DNA from: Nanobdellati archaeon | GTDB taxonomy: Archaea; Nanobdellota; Nanobdellia; Woesearchaeales; JAADFO01 | Direction of reading: 5' to 3' | Length of the DNA: 36,195 bases | NCBI GenBank assembly: GCA_013152815.1 | Contig: JAADFO010000030.1 | Location: 1-36,195, forward strand | Shown here: positions 36,041-36,195 of the stretch, one piece after another | Layout: each line of letters begins with the position of its first letter | Position numbering within the stretch: the first letter of the stretch is position 1 | Program-made: the position numbers and the translations under genes | The notes under the pieces: generated by a model | What the model saw: only the letters and a program-made list of their open reading frames with translations | What the model was told of the DNA's origin: nothing | Databases searched by the model: none

Positions 36041-36170
36041 TGCGGAGTGCAGGGTTCGAACCTGCGTAGGCACTAAGCCAGTGGATGCCTCAGTCATCGC
36101 TGCGCACAAAGCAGCTTCTCGCTCAAGACACGCTTGAGTCCACCCCGTTTGACCACTCCGGCAACTCCGC
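36041..36170 (-). tRNA. tRNA-Leu(CAA) with a 46 nt intron at canonical position 37/38 (intron 36087-36132)
   Basis: GCGGAGT/ACTCCGC acceptor stem; GTGGA-CTCAAG[intron]A-TCCAC anticodon arm; variable arm essentially the same as in tRNA-Leu(CAG); CTCA pairs with intron TGAG to give a bulge-helix-bulge. Confidence 0.95.
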
Positions 36171-36195
36171 AAGACTGGCATCAAGAAGACCAGGA

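Noticed and set aside
36087..36132. Intron-encoded box C/D guide RNA (GCGATGA followed by CTGA)
   Set aside because: The C-like and D-like boxes are adjacent with no guide spacer, the intron is only 46 nt, and the CTGA is explained by the BHB helix.

Overview
Archaeal genomic DNA, most consistent with a DPANN (Woesearchaeota-like) organism. The evidence is a BHB-type tRNA intron, TATA-box promoters placed for leaderless transcripts, and KKAQ/KKGQ class III signal peptides; the lineage itself is inference. The first 22.6 kb is one giant membrane-anchored surface-protein gene. It starts before the window and is broken by four apparent single-base frameshifts in its first 4 kb; repaired, it encodes at least about 7,530 aa. 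Its parts are a Cys-rich N-terminal region, dozens of Ig-like domains (including a 7 x ~398 aa four-domain super-repeat and nested inserted domains), four Cys-rich DCGG repeats, TSP3-like Ca-binding repeats, one TM helix and a 250 aa very basic tail. It overlaps the first of four consecutive prepilin-like (class III signal peptide) genes, which suggests a giant-adhesin/pilin attachment apparatus. The rest is housekeeping: hppA, rpe-coaE-coaD (bacterial-type CoA enzymes), pyrE-pyrF-LOG, pyrB-pyrI, a DUF4013-like membrane protein, three hypothetical genes (one low-GC), tRNA-Leu(CAG) with a duplicated 3' end, and tRNA-Leu(CAA) with a 46 nt intron. Domain names are from pattern recognition by eye, not database searches.
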